Origin: Eledone cirrhosa
Lineage: Eukaryota
DNA: 64,000 nt
Assembly: GCA_964016885.1 (NCBI GenBank)
Contig: OZ024750.1
Coordinates: 7,440,001 to 7,504,000, forward strand
Reading direction: 5' to 3'
Shown: positions 1-14,474 of the stretch, one piece after another
Layout of the letters: each line of letters starts with the position of its first letter
Numbering within the stretch: the first letter of the stretch is position 1
Program-made: the position numbers and the translations under genes
Notes under the pieces: model-generated
What the model was told of the DNA's origin: nothing
The model's database searches: none
Seen by the model: only the letters and a program-made list of their open reading frames with translations

Positions 1-164
1 TCGTACATGGAACTATCAATCATATATTTGCTTCCTTCTCAGGAGACTAATATCTTAAAACAATCTTAACTGGCTTCAAGTTATTTTTAACGCTTCATTG
101 ATGTCTTCTGTCTCTCTTAGAAATTTTGAACTACCCCCCACACACATCCCCTACCCCCCCCCAC

Positions 165-772
165 CCTAAACAACAACAACACAACAACACCTAAATGAAA
201 ACCATCAACACCTAATTTAAAAAAAACAGCAACAACATCTAAATAAAAAACCCACCACCAACAACAACACCTATACAAAAAACAGCAACAAAACAACTGC
301 AACAAAAAACAGCAACATCTATACAAAAAAAAACACCTATACAAAAAAAAACAAAAACAGCAAAATTTAAACAAAAAACAAGAACAACAGCAACATCTAA
401 ACAACAACAACAACAACAACATTTAAACAAAAAAAACAGCAACAACAACAACAACATTTAAACAAAAAAAACAGTAACAACAACAACAGCAACATCTAAA
501 CAGCAACAACATTTAAACAAAAAAACAGCAACAACATCTAAACAACAACAGCAGCAACAACATTTAAACAAAAAAAAAACCCAGCAACATCTAAACAACA
601 ACAACATTTAAACCAAAAAAACAGTAACAACAACAACACCAACATCTAAACAACAACAACATTTAAACAAAAAAAAAACAGCAACAACAACAACAGCAAC
701 ATCTAAACAACAACAACAACAACAACAACATTTAAACAAAAAAACAAACAAAAAAAACCCAGCAACAAACAA
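165..772. repeat. Degenerate AAC/A-rich tandem repeat
   Basis: Recurring aaacagcaacaacatctaaacaacaac units. Confidence 0.85.
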
Positions 773-1006
773 CGATAGAAAATTAGAAAACAGCAATGAA
801 ATTAAAGATAACATTTGTGGAAATAATGTTACGACTCCGGGTGGATTTAGGAAACTGTAATGGATTGTAGCAGCCATTTATCAAGTAATTCAGTTGCAAG
901 AGAAATGGCTACAGACTTTAAAATGTTTATTGTTTTAAATTGATTCATAGCATTTCAGTTTTCTTATTACTTTTTTAAATAAAAAAAAATGCAATGGCAA
1001 TGAATT

Positions 1007-1580
<574 letters not shown>

Positions 1581-1649
1581 ATATGGTATAATGTAAATGT
1601 AGGCGGTTCTTTTTTAAAATTTATATATCATATGTTGTGCATGTAAATG

Positions 1650-1696
<47 letters not shown>

Positions 1697-1726
1697 ATCA
1701 AATTATATATAATATATATATATTAT

Positions 1727-1763
<37 letters not shown>

Positions 1764-2130
1764 AAAAGAATCAGGACCCCGACGGCTGAGCTCGGCCGTT
1801 TTCGACAGCTAGATCCAAACAGTTCGGATCTAGCTGTCGAAACAGCCAGAGCTCAGCCGTCGGGGTCCTGACTCTTTTCCTATTACCCACTCTACTACCC
1901 TAAGCATTGAGTACTCTGGTGCATTATGGTCCACCTGGTATCTTACCACACCCTCTTTGTTATATATATATATATATACATATATATATTACTATATATA
2001 TATATATATATATAGTAATAATAATAAATTTGAAGACTAAAATCCAAAGAGGGCTCGATAAGGATAAATATATATCAAATATATAAGAACCGTAGAGCAA
2101 ATATTTATTATTAAATAATCTGTTATTTTA

Positions 2131-2171
<41 letters not shown>

Positions 2172-2297
2172 AAGTTTTATTTAAATTGTTGGGTTACAAC
2201 GAGTAAATATTTATAACTGATATAAAAGCACTCAACAAGTATTTGGAGTATATTTACGATATTAAATAAATGGAAACTATATTTATAAAACCATATT

Positions 2298-2363
2298 TAT
2301 TTCATTATATATATTTCAGGGATATCATATTAAAAATATGGTATGCCTTCTTCAGACAAAATA
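2298..2363 (-). ncRNA. Type I hammerhead motif, family H-A variant
   Basis: TATTTTGT-CTGAAGA-AGG..CATATT-ttt-AATATG..CCT-GAA-ATATATAT-A-ATGAAATA; stem II differs in sequence but still pairs. Confidence 0.65.
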
Positions 2364-2433
2364 CAATATAAACAGTCTTATAAATAGATAGATTTGACAT
2401 ACCTTACAACTTCAACTTCCATTTAAAAAGTTG

Positions 2434-2510
<77 letters not shown>

Positions 2511-4295
2511 CATAAAACTTGTGGCCTCATAAAGATAGTCACCTCCATGTAATGATTCTGTAGGTGTATTTAAAATAGTTTTTTTTTCAAATAATAATTT
2601 CTTTATTTATTATACATTTAAACTGGCTGTATCCGGCTAGAATTCTCTCACCTCTTTCTGTTCAAACCGGCCATAACTTGCTACTCATACCGATGTTAAG
2701 GTATTGTTCTCAAAATAAATAATATCAAAATCTCATAGATTCGATATTATGTGAGATAATTATGTGAGGTAAAGCCTTTACCATGAAAATACAATAGTAT
2801 ATATAGAGTAATGTAAATGATAAAGCATTAACATATCTAACAAAAGGCCACCATGTTTGTATGTGTAGGCCCATAGTTGGGGTGGATGGCTGTTGACTCT
2901 GACTTTGAAGAGTTATCCGCTCTTTTCATAGATCTTGTTTTTTTTTGTGCTGTTGGAGTTTCACTTACCTTCCTCAGGGTCTGGTGGGGCAACAGGTTTA
3001 GTTGCTCACAGGTACAACTCATTTTACCAGCTGAGTGGGACTGGAGCAACATAAAATAAAGTGTCTTGCTCAAGGATACATCTCACAGCTGAGAATCGAA
3101 CTTACAACCCTACAATAAGGAACTGAACACCCTATCTACCAGGTCATGTGCCTTCAAGGATGTTCTTGTTGTACTTCTGAAGGGCCAAGACAGAGAGTGT
3201 AGCAGATGTGGTGAGATATGAACCTTGTCACATCTGTAACTCTCAATCAACTTGTCTATCATAAACAAACAAAACATTAATTATATTTCACATTTTCATC
3301 ACAGCAGCTTCTTAATAAACACAAGTTCTTCTTTTCAATTCCCATCAAGGAATAAACGCATAAATAAATAAATAAATAAATAAATAATGATCACCTCCTC
3401 CCCCCAACCACCACCAGCAGCAGCACCAGCACCACCACCACCACCACTAGCACCAGAACTACCCACCACCACCAGCACTAGCACCAGAACTACCCACCAC
3501 TACCACCACTAGCACCAGAACTACCCATAATTTTATTATCTCATTCGATGTATTTTGATGCGGAATTTCTAACAAACAAAACATAAAAAAGAACAAAAAA
3601 TACCCCCCCCCCCCCAACAAAAGAACCCCACAAAAAAGATTTATATTCATTAATCTAATAATATTAATTAAATAAGGAAAGTGTGGAAACTAAACAAAAT
3701 ATATTTCCAAGACATACCTGTTAATATTTTGAAAGAGTGAGTTTAATTAATTGCGCTCTGACCAGGTGTAGTTAGTTTGTAAATTAAATCTTCCAACAAA
3801 GTTGATAATCTATTTATTGTTTCAATTGATTTTTTAGTTTTGTGATGTTTATTGATGAAGTGAAGTGATCAATGATTAAGTAGTTGGGATAAGATAGGTT
3901 ACTAGTTTCTATTTGGATGGTGACTTATAAGGGCCAGTAGCTAGGATATGTGGGTTGTAGGTTTTAGGTGACCAATGGCTGGGGTATAGAATATGTGGGT
4001 TGTAGGTGACCAAGCTTGAAACTAGTTCAGCGTTCCTTTGTCAGTGTTGAACAAACGAGCAACGGTGGTTGCTAGACACTACGGCTTAATACGGGATGCT
4101 TGTTTACAAACACACCGAGCATTATAATAAATGTTCGGTGAATCCATACGTGCATATATATATGTGTGCATGTATGTATATATATATACATACTACTGTG
4201 CATCTGTATACATATATGTATGTACGTGTACATACTTATATTTAAGTAACAGCCGTACTAAGAGTGGGAAATGAAATATCGTTTCATTTTTTCCG

Positions 4296-4385
<90 letters not shown>

Positions 4386-5117
4386 TATAAATATATATAC
4401 ATATCTATCTATATCTATCTATCTATCTATCTATATATGTATATAATATATATAATATATATGTATATATATAGATATATGATACAATAAATGCCGTATT
4501 CTTCTAGTTTAGACACCTCAAGAATGATTTAATAATCACCTCTTTTTATTCACCATTTTTTCCTTTCATTGTCGCCCATGGAAAAATATTTAGATTGATT
4601 TTAGCTGCATTAATTGATACCACATATATATAATGTACACACTCACACACACACATATATCATCATCATCATCATCGTTTAACGTCCATCTTCCACGCTT
4701 GCATATATATATATATGTATATACATATATATATGTATATATATATATATTTAAACTTATATATATGTATATATATCATCAACATCATCATCATCATCAT
4801 CACCGTTTTACGTTCGTTCTTCCATGCTAGCATGGGTTAGACGGGTTGTCCTGTTGTGGGCAGTGTCTGGTCAGCTGACCATGCCTTGCTCATACAGGAA
4901 CTGATTTTGGCCTGATTTCTACAGCTGGATGCCCTTCCTAATACCAACCTCATTTACAGTGAGTGCTGGGTGCTTTTTCCGTGGCGCCTACACGTCCACT
5001 TTACAGTGTGGGCTGGGTGCTTTTTTGCCGTGGCACCTCCACGACCACCTTGCAGTGGGAGGGTGTGGGGGCATATTGTCTACATGCTTCAGCTTGTACC
5101 CATGGGAGGTCGGGTAT

Positions 5118-5312
5118 TCTGATCACAGATGTTCCAGATGTTATCTAGAGCTAGAGAGAATCTGACCACAGATGTTCCAGATGTTATCTAGGGTTAGAGA
5201 GATTCTGACCACAGATGTCCCAGATGTTATCTAGGGTTAGAGAGATTCTGACCACAGATGTTCCAGATGTTATCTAGAGTTAGAGAGATTCTGACCACAG
5301 ATGTTCCAGATG
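5118..5312. repeat. 43-bp minisatellite, about 4.5 copies
   Basis: Unit ctgaccacagatgttccagatgttatctagggttagagagatt. Confidence 0.9.
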
Positions 5313-6289
5313 ACTAAAGATGTTCTAAATGTTGCCTTGTTCTAGAAATCCTTCAATGAAAGACTTTGCAGACGTTACTTAGATTAAGACAATCTCTCCA
5401 CAGAAACATTCCAGATGTTGCTTAGATCTTCAGAATTGCTGATCAGGGCTTGTTTAGGTTTTATGAAGCCATATTTCTAAGAAAATGTCATGAAAGTAGT
5501 TTCCATTTAATAACAATACATACATACACCCCTCCATCCATCCATCCATCTAACCATCCAACCATCCAACCATCCAACCATCCAGTCAGCCAGTCAGCTG
5601 GGTAGATAGACACACATGCACCTATTTTGCCCATCATCCCTACATCCATCCCACCATACATCTAACCATCCAACCATCCCCCCAACCAGCCATCTAACCA
5701 GCCAGCCAGCCAGACACAACCAACATTCTATTAAATATCACTAAGCTACACCCTTGCTTCCTCACTCTGGTTCTCCCCTCCTCCCACACCTCTTGCTCTT
5801 ACTTTAATGTGAAATATTGAGATTGATTTTTTTCCTATTGGAGTAAAACTACAGTCCTTTGTAAGTTAATTGTCGTCTGTTTTAGAATGTATATATAATT
5901 TGGTTTGTAGGACATGATGTAGCTGTGTATATATAATTTGTACTTCACCGTGTAGCAATGTATATATAGTTTAGATTTAGCAATAGTCTGTACAAGATGA
6001 TGTATTTCAAGTAGTAAAACATGTAGTGGGCTAAGTTTGTTTGTTCTATTTTATCGTTGTTGTTGTTGTTATTGTTGTTGTTGTTGTATTATATTTTATT
6101 CTGTGATGATTCAGTCTGGCTAAATACTTAGGAACTATTCACAACTCAAAGTATGTCGTTTTTATTTATATTAGTTTTTTTCTAGTGTTAAAACAAATGT
6201 TTTTTGTTCCTTTTAAGAGAGAAACATTTCCATCTATATTTTATGTAACGACCATTTGATTCCAATAACCATTGATCCATTTGATTGCT

Positions 6290-7528
6290 TTGTGACCGTC
6301 AAAGGTTCTACTGGTCAATTTGATTGAAATACCTGATTTTATGACTGCCAAAGGCTGCATTGTTCCATATGATTGCAATAACCGGCTTTATGACTGTCAA
6401 AGGCTGTATTGTTCCATATGATTACTATAACCAGCTTTATGACTGCCAAAGGCTGTATTGTTCCATATGATTACTATAACTGGTTTTATGACTGTCAAAA
6501 GCTTTGTTCAATATGATTACAATAACCGGATTTATGACTGTCAAAGGCTGTATTGTTCCATATGATTACTATAACCAGCTTTATGACTGCCAAAGGCTGT
6601 ATTGTTCCATATGATTGCAATAACTGGTTTTATGACTGTCAAAAGCTTTGTTCAATATGATTGCAATAACCGGATTTATGACTGTCAAAGGCTGTATTGT
6701 TCCATATGATTACTATAACCAGCTTTATGACTGCCAAAGGCTGTATTGTTCCATATGATTGCAATAACTGGCTTTAAGACTGTCAAAGACTGTATTGTTC
6801 AATATGATTACTATAACTGGTTTTATGACTGTCAAAAGCTTTGTTCAATATGATTACAATAACCGGATTTATGACTGTCAAAGGCTGTATTATTCAATAT
6901 GATTGCAATAACCGGCTTTATGACTGTCAAAGACTGTATTATTCAATATGATTGCAATAACCGGCTTTATGCCTGTCAAAGACTGTATTATTCAATATGA
7001 TTGCAATAACCGGCTTTATGCCTGTCAAAGACTGTATTGTTCAATATGATTGCAATAACCGGCTTTATGACTGTCAAAGACTGAATTGTAAAATATGATT
7101 GCAATAACCGGCTTTATGACTGTCAAAGACTGTATTGTTCAATATGATTGCAATAACCGGCTTTATGACTGTCAAAGACTGAATTGTAAAATATGATTGC
7201 AATAACCGGCTTTATGACTGTCAAAGACTGTATTGTTCAATATGATTGCAATAACCGGCTTTATGACTGTCAAAGACTGTATTGTTCAATATGATTGCAA
7301 TAACCGGCTTTATGACAGTCAAAGACTGTATTATTCAATATGATTGCAATAACCGGCTTTATGACTGTCAAAGACTGTATTGTTCAATATGATTGCAATA
7401 ACCGGCTTTAAGACTGTCAAAGACTGTATTGTTCAATATGATTGCAATAACCAGCTTTATGACAGTCAAAGACTGTATTATTCAATATGATTGCAATAAC
7501 CGGCTTTAAGACTGTCAAAGACTGTATT
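6290..7528. repeat. 49-bp minisatellite, about 25 copies
   Basis: Unit atgactgtcaaagactgtattgttcaatatgattgcaataaccggcttt. Confidence 0.95.
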
Positions 7529-7636
7529 TATATATACAGTGATATTAACAAACCTTTAACAACTGCCAGGCATATTTTTCTATCTCACTCTGAACAGAAG
7601 AAGAAACCTGTTTTGTTGTCTTACCACTGTATTGAC

Positions 7637-7990
7637 ATCATCATCATCATCATCATTTTACGTCCGCTTTTCCCTGCTTGCAAGGGTGGGATGGGTCCTA
7701 TTCAGCACAGCATCTCTCCACTTGTCACGGTCCTTCCTCATCTCCACCGTGAGCTTCAGCGATCTGAGGTCTGCTCTCACCACCTCCGCCCATATTTTTC
7801 GTGGTCTACCTCTACCACATCTTCCTTCAACTGGCATTTCTTGGCACTTCTTCACTCATCGGTCATTCTCCATGCGCATCACATGTCCATACCATCGCAG
7901 TCTCCTCTTCCGCACACTACAATTTATCCCTCTCAGACACAGTTTCTCTCTCAACACATCCATGCTCGGTCGTTCACGCACATTGACATC
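7637..7990 (-). mobile_element. RTE-like LINE 3' fragment with (GAT)n tail
   Basis: VEGRCGRGRPRKIWAEVVRADLR...DRDKWR motif, upstream RLRWYGHV-like segment, ending in ggacgtaaaatgatgatgatg. Confidence 0.8.
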
Positions 7991-8578
7991 GACATATGTA
8001 TATAAAATACAGTTTGGTAAGTTTATTATAGTTAATGTTTACTTTGGAAGTTTATATAAAAAGTTCCAGTGCAAAGAACAGCTTATTGGAAAATAGTTCG
8101 TAGTCATTTTCTAAAAAAATATATTATTAGACATCTCCATTATCCAAAATACACAACAGGGGGCATAATTAATTAATTGGGAAACCATTCCTCCACCCTC
8201 CCTTCACTTAAAGTTATTAAATACAGAACCATTCAAAGACTTTATGAGGTGACTATTGCTGTATTAATCTCTTCTATTCCATATTTTCTCTCCATTTCCA
8301 TTCTTTCTATTTATTTCATATTTTACTTATTTCATATTCTTCATTTCTTTCTTTCTTTTCTTTTTCCTTCCATTTTTCTTTCTCTCCCCTTTCGTTTCTT
8401 TCTTCTTTCTTCTTTCTCTTTTTTCTTTCTCTCTTTTTCCTTTCTTTTTTCTTTTCTATTTCCTTTCTTTCATTCTGCCCGTCTCTCTTTTCTTTCATTC
8501 TTTCTTTCTTTCTTTCCTTCTTTTTTTCTTCCTTCCATTTCAATTTACCATCTCCTAACTTCTATTTAATATATATTC

Positions 8579-8972
8579 AACCAGTCAACCAACCAACCAA
8601 CCAACCAACCAACCAACCAACCAACCAACCAACCAACCAACCAACCAACCAACCAACCAACCAACCAACCAACCAACCAGCCAACCAACCAATCAGCCAA
8701 CCAACCAACCAACCAACCAGCCAGCCACCCTACCACCCTACCAACCAACCAACCAACCAGCCAGCCACCCTACCAACCAACCAACCAACCAACCAACCAA
8801 CCAACCAACCAACCAACCAACCAACCAACCAACCAACCAACCAACCAACCAACCAACCAACCAACCAACCAACCAACCAGCCAGCCTACCAACCTACCAA
8901 CTTACCTACCAACCAGCCGACCTACCAACCAGCCTACCACCCTACCAACCAGCCAGTCAGCCAACTAACCAA
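8579..8972. repeat. (CCAA)n microsatellite
   Basis: Direct inspection. Confidence 0.95.
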
Positions 8973-9607
8973 ACTTTCTCGATTTGTCTTTGGCGTATTT
9001 TCTTAATTTCTTTCTCAGGAATTATCTCGGTATCTAAATGTAATAATCGTTCATTTAAAGACACTTTTGAATTCTGTTAAAATAAAACAAAGTGACAAAA
9101 AGTAGAAGATTCTATTTCAGCTGCTCCCTGTTTTTCTCAAACAGTTATCAATATAACTTCTTCACCTGCTGAAACGAAATATTTCATTTTCCCTTCTCCA
9201 TTCTCTTTTTTGTTGTCTCTTATTTTAAAACCTTTAATAATTTTTAACTCATATTAATTTCTTTTTCGTTTTTCGTATTATGAAGTTTAGGGAAATATTT
9301 TGGTGAACAGAAACATAACATTACAGAGGGAAGCAACGTTGTGTGATAGGGAAAAATACTTAGAGCGTTGGACAAAATACCGTGCATATTCGGTCCGGAT
9401 CTTACAGAGTTCAAGCCTCACCCAAACAATTTTATCTTTCATTTTTCAGGATCATTAAAATATAGTTCCAGTTAAGAGCGGTAGATTGACAGAATTATCA
9501 GAACGTGGGGCAACATGCCTTGCTCTATTCGTTTCAATTCTTTGCGTTCGGGTTTTAAATCCTACCGTAGACTTAATCCATCATCTAGGCTAAGCGGTAC
9601 TTTGGAT

Positions 9608-10300
9608 CAGGCATATCAAATATGCGGCCCGCGGCTCTTTACAAGCACACCTGCGACCCGCGGCTCTTTACAAGTACACCTGCGGCCCGCGGCCCTCTAC
9701 AAGCACACCTGCGGCCCGCGGCTCTTTACAAGCACACCTGCGGCTCTTTACAAGCACACCTGCGGCCCGCGGCCCTCTACAAGCACACCTGCGGCCCGCG
9801 GCTCTTTACAAGCACACCTGCGGCCCGCGGCTCTTTACAAGTACACCTGCGGCCCGCGGCCCTTTACAAGCACACCTGCGGCCCGCGGCTCTTTACAAGC
9901 ACACCTGCGGCTCTTTACAAGCACACCTGCGGCCCGCGGCCCTCTACAAGCACACCTGCGGCCCGCGGCTCTTTACAAGCACACCTGCGGCCCGCGGCTC
10001 TTTACAAGCACACCTGCGGCCCGCGGCTCTTTACAAGCACACCTGCGGCCCGCGGCTCTTTACAAGCACACCTGCGGCCCGCACAAAGGTTTTTACAACA
10101 CGAGCATGTTTCATCTTCGTAATATAAAATAAAAAAAATTAGTTGTAATGTGCGCAATTAGTTGTCGTGTGTGGTGGCCTTCAGAAAACACATATGTGAC
10201 ACATGTGGCCTTCAGACAACACATATGTGACACATGTGGCCTTCAGACAACACATATGTGACACATGTGGCCCTCGGGGGAGCCTCAGTTTGACAGCCTG
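9608..10300. mobile_element. hAT-type MITE inflated by internal minisatellites
   Basis: Termini CAGGCATATCAAA / TTTGACAGCCTG; 8-bp TSD ctttggat / ctttagat; subterminal GCGGCCC motifs. Confidence 0.78.
9623..10083. repeat. 29-bp GC-rich minisatellite, about 16 copies, inside the hAT MITE
   Basis: Unit tgcggcccgcggctctttacaagcacacc. Confidence 0.95.
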
Positions 10301-10616
10301 CTTTAGATGATATTATTCTGTTGCAAACACACGGTACAGGAATCTGGTCGAAAGAGATACTTCTCTCACTACTTCTGGTAATTTCTTTAGTTTGGTAAAA
10401 GTAAGGATATTAAACATTAGAAACAGTAAGAAACTCTCAGGAGAGCTGAACAGCAGAAGGTTTTCAGAGAAGAAACGGGAGGTAATCGATTAAATCGAAT
10501 GCAGTTTATAAATTACATTTATTTATCGACCTTCCGATATGTAGCTTGCAAACGTACTCTAAACTATGATCTGCTTTATCCGCATTGAATACTCTTTCTT
10601 TCGTTTGTCAACACCA

Positions 10617-10669
<53 letters not shown>

Positions 10670-10750
10670 ATTGTAGTAAGGTTGCTTGGATGCGTCCATA
10701 GGCAGTGTGCCGGTTGAGCACTCTATGCTCCTTCGGACCAGAGTATAATA

Positions 10751-10984
10751 GTATGGAAAACGAAGAATCAGTGATGCATCGGAACACAATATATTACGTA
10801 TTACAATTAATCCTCCGGCGAACAGCTCGGAGTTCCTCAGACACGTCTAGTGATTTCGAAGAAAGAGGATTTGCTTCGAAATCACTGGACGTATCTGAGG
10901 AACTCCGAGCTGTTCGCCGGAGAAACAATTGTAATACGTAATAAATTGTGTTCCGATTCATCACTGATTCCTCGTTTTCCATAT
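10751..10984. repeat. Imperfect inverted repeat, arms about 110 bp
   Basis: atggaaaacga...ttcgaa / ttcgaa...tcgttttccat; explains the paired ORFs on the two strands. Confidence 0.9.
10889..10939 (+). ncRNA. Hammerhead-like motif in the right arm of a 230-bp palindrome
   Basis: ACGTAT-CTGAGGA-ac-TCCG..CGGA-GAA-ACAATTGT-A-ATACGT: 6-bp stem I, palindromic stem III, GUA triplet, 2-nt core insertion. Confidence 0.6.
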
Positions 10985-10988
10985 ATAT

Positions 10989-11240
10989 ATGGCTTAGTGG
11001 TTAGAGCATTGGGCTTGCAATCGAAAGGTTGTGAGTTCAATTCTCGGACCGAGTGATGTGTTGTTTCCTTGAGCAAGACACTTTATTTCACGTTGCTCCA
11101 GTTTGCTCAGCTGTAGAAATGAGATGAAGAGGTACCGGCCTGCCCGCCCAGCCAGTGGGATGGCGTTATCTTATCGCTAAAACAGCACGACGTGGTGTGA
11201 CCAGCGGCGCCGAATGGACGCTCGACAGACTGGTCGGTCA
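10989..11240 (+). mobile_element. tRNA-derived SINE, family S2 (CORE-like)
   Basis: A box TGGCTTAGTGG, B box GAGTTCAATTC, core ccttgagcaagacactttatttcacgttgctccag. Relatives at about 3010-3150 (-), 24757-25020 (+), 27860-27990 (-), 37201-37400 (+), 15735-15835 (-). Confidence 0.75.
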
Positions 11241-11327
11241 AGGTGATCAAGGTGATATATATACACAGAAACAAAATGGCGTAGGATAGAAGAAAGGAAA
11301 GGCACAGAAACAAAGAAAGGAATCCCC

Positions 11328-11372
11328 AGTCACTGAAGAGGTCACAGAGTGTGTGACGAAAGGACTATGACT
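11328..11372 (+). ncRNA. Minimal type I hammerhead ribozyme motif
   Basis: AGTCA-CTGAAGA-G-GTCACA-gagtg-TGTGAC-GAA-AG-ga-CT-A-TGACT: stem I 5 bp, stem II 6 bp, stem III 2 bp, CUA cleavage triplet (after 11367). Followed by TA repeats. Confidence 0.72.
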
Positions 11373-11530
11373 ATATATAAATAACTATCTGGTTGTGGAA
11401 CCAACCAACCAACCAGAAATTTATAAGTTTGTAGATTTGTAAATTTATAAATTTATAAATATATAATAAATTGAAGTGAAAGCAACTGGTGCGTGTGTTT
11501 CTTATTGGCAACATGACCCTCCCAAAGTAT

Positions 11531-11576
<46 letters not shown>

Positions 11577-11849
11577 ATATTATAAAGATCCCGTTAAGGG
11601 TGAAAGTAGCGATTCAGTACGGCTGGTTTAGTTCGGATCTAGCTGTCGAAACAGCTAGAGCTCATCCGTCGGGGTCCTGACTCTTTTCCTATTACTCACT
11701 CTACTACCCTAAGTATCGAGTACTCTGGTGCGTTGTGGTCCATCTGGTTCCTTACCACACTTCCTTCGTTATATATATATATGAGTGTGTGTGAGTGTGC
11801 GTGTCTAGTGTCTTGCTCTGACACACATGCACACAGATATATATATTTA

Positions 11850-12040
11850 ATAATTGTTTCTACTCTTGGCACAAGGCCAGCAATTACCCAGTGCATTACT
11901 GGTACTTTATTTCATCGACCCCATGAGGATGAAAGGCAAAGTTAACCTCGGCGGGCTTTGAACTCAGAATGGCAAGGGACGTAACTCTATGCGTCAAAGC
12001 ATGGCGTCCGACCCTCTACCGATACTGCCAATCCACCGCC
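11850..12040 (-). mobile_element. tRNA-derived SINE, family S1 (full length)
   Basis: A box TGGCAGTATCGG, B-box-like GAGTTCAAA, core GCCTTTCATCCT..GGGGTCGAT..AAAGTACCAG resembling conserved metazoan SINE central domains, (ATT)n tail. At least 12 copies in the window. Confidence 0.85.
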
Positions 12041-12675
12041 ATATATATATTTAATAATAAAGTCGACAAAGTCTTTTAATTTATAGTGTATCAGGTTAAT
12101 TTCCTTATACACACATATTGTAAATATATATACCAACGGATGATTAATTTCGGATATCATGAGATAAAATGTTTATACATCACAATATCTCACAGAAGAG
12201 TGTATCGTTAAGATAGCAGTGAAGCGGAACGGTGTCTAATTTAACCAAAATGTGATACTTTGTTTTGTTAGACAAAACACGGAAATTATTTTATTGCGAC
12301 ACTAAAAATATATAAAATTAATGGTTTCTGGTTTAGATACAAAGCTATCAATTTCTGGTCGGAGGAGGGGAAAGTCGATTAAATCGACCCCAGTACAATA
12401 CTGGTACATTATTCTATTTTATCGATATATTAATAATTTGATTAATGCATTAAAATTATTTATCATATTTTCTGGAAATTCAATCACTTAATTATCGATT
12501 TTCTCATTAAATGTTTAATATTTTTAATATTACTATTTGGGTTACAGATACTGCCAAACCACCGCCCAAAATAAAGCACCAGTAATGCACTGGGGTCGAT
12601 TTAATCGACTTTCCCCTCCCCCAAAATTGTTGGCTTTGTGCCTAAAGTAGAAACAATATTATTATTTGAGTTATT

Positions 12676-12872
12676 TGGGCAGTGAATTGGATTATCGGTA
12701 GAGGGTCGGACGCCATGCTTTGTAGCATAGAGCTACGTCCCTTTACAGTCTGTGTTCAAATCCCACCGAGGTTAACTTTGCCTTTCATCCTTTCGGGGTC
12801 GATAAAATAAAGTACCAGTAATACACAGGGATAATTGCTGGCCTTGTGCCAAAAGTAGAAACAATTATTATT
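12676..12872 (+). mobile_element. SINE S1 copy (further fragments at about 12320-12425 and 12545-12660)
   Basis: Direct similarity to the other S1 copies. Confidence 0.85.
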
Positions 12873-13977
12873 ATTTGGGTTATTTATTTAATGGTGAGTG
12901 TTTAGCATCTTTTCTTATGGTTTATATGTTATGGCTGACATGACTAGGTGCTACGGCTGTTATGGCGGGGTTTGTTGTTGGACCTGCGTGGAAAGGGGAG
13001 GAGATTGGGGTGTGAGTAAGAATTCTAGCTCGGTGGGAAGAGATGAAAGGGACGGGTGAGTTGTTACCAGGGGTGGAAACTGACAGGTTTAGCGGCCCAG
13101 GCGTCGGTCGACCTCTTCTGCTTTGAAGTACGCCCAGTCTCTCATAACCATTTCTATAAGTCCAAGTCTAAAGTTTCTCTCAAGCCACGAGGCTCGTCAG
13201 GTTGGTATTTAGCTCGGTTTTGTGACGTTAAGCCACTGAGAGTACAAGACTCCCGCCTGGACAGGACAGGGTTAAAGCCTGTCTCAAGCCAGGAGGCTTC
13301 TCAGACCGGCGTTTATCCCGGTTTCATGACGTGAAGTGACCGAGACTACAAGACTCCCGCTTGGACAAACTGAAAATTTCGTTAGACTGCGTATACGTAC
13401 TTAATATTCAAGTGAGATGTTATTTCAATATTTTTTTTTTACCATTAACACTTTGCTAAGTTTTATACTTTGTCAGGCCGCTTTCTCTTCGCATTGGTCG
13501 CCGTCGAAACCTCTGGCGTACTTGTACCTCGTACCGCTGAGCTCCTCTGCAAGATCGGGACGTCAGCAGCCCGTCTGAGTAAGGTTCCCGCGAGGTGGGG
13601 TGGCTGTTGCAGCGTGTGTCACCGGCCATTGTTCGTGGAAATGCTTTTGCGGTGTTGTCCGCGAGGTGAAGCCCCAACACTCTCTAGGCCCACAGCCCAT
13701 CACACTCCTTCCTCCTTTATTTGATTTTAAAGTTCCTTCCTCCTTTATTTGAGTTTAGAGTAGATTTGTTTAAGATCTATTGTCAGTGGTCGGTAAGGAG
13801 GCCGCAGAAGAGATCAAGTTTCAGAGCTCCAAAAGCAAAAAGTATTTTTTCCAACACTGCATGTATTATCCAATAATAACTGCTACACACCAACAAACAA
13901 AATTATTACAAAGAGAAAAAAATAGTTGAAAAAGACAAACAAAAAGACACATTGTCGATGATTGGTTGATTTTGCTT

Positions 13978-14054
<77 letters not shown>

Positions 14055-14066
14055 AATATAGCAAAT

Positions 14067-14072
14067 TTTATT
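14067..14072 (-). terminator. Candidate polyadenylation signal AATAAA for the allatotropin mRNA
   Basis: First AATAAA seen on the minus strand after the stop, about 400 nt downstream. The hexamer is common in AT-rich DNA. Confidence 0.3.
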
Positions 14073-14365
14073 GGGTATTTTTGTGTACATAGAGAAAAAT
14101 ATCAAAGTTTATGGACAACAGAGAGCGAAAGAATCGCTTGGTTCTGTAATTCCACGATGTCTGAAGTGGAATCGGATATATTTCATTTTAAAAGTTATAT
14201 CACTGTTATATATATTCATTGATTGGTTGGTGAGCCAAACTTCTTTTGCCACAACATCAGCATCTGCAATGATGGTAGAGTGCTGGGGGTATATATATAT
14301 ATATATATATACACAATCACATATGTATGTATGTATCATGTATGTGTGTGTTATATAAATGTATG

Positions 14366-14420
<55 letters not shown>

Positions 14421-14474
14421 CATATATATGTTGGGTAAAGAAGTCAGATCAGCTGTTATGATGGTGGGCGGTGT

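Noticed and set aside
6290-7528. Regular repeat array as a CRISPR locus
   Set aside because: Contiguous tandem units with no unique spacers, no cas genes, eukaryotic context.
9515-10132. 205-aa repetitive ORF
   Set aside because: Translation of the 29-bp minisatellite inside a MITE.
10989-11055. tRNA gene
   Set aside because: A and B boxes are present but there is no acceptor stem; it continues into a SINE core with several copies.
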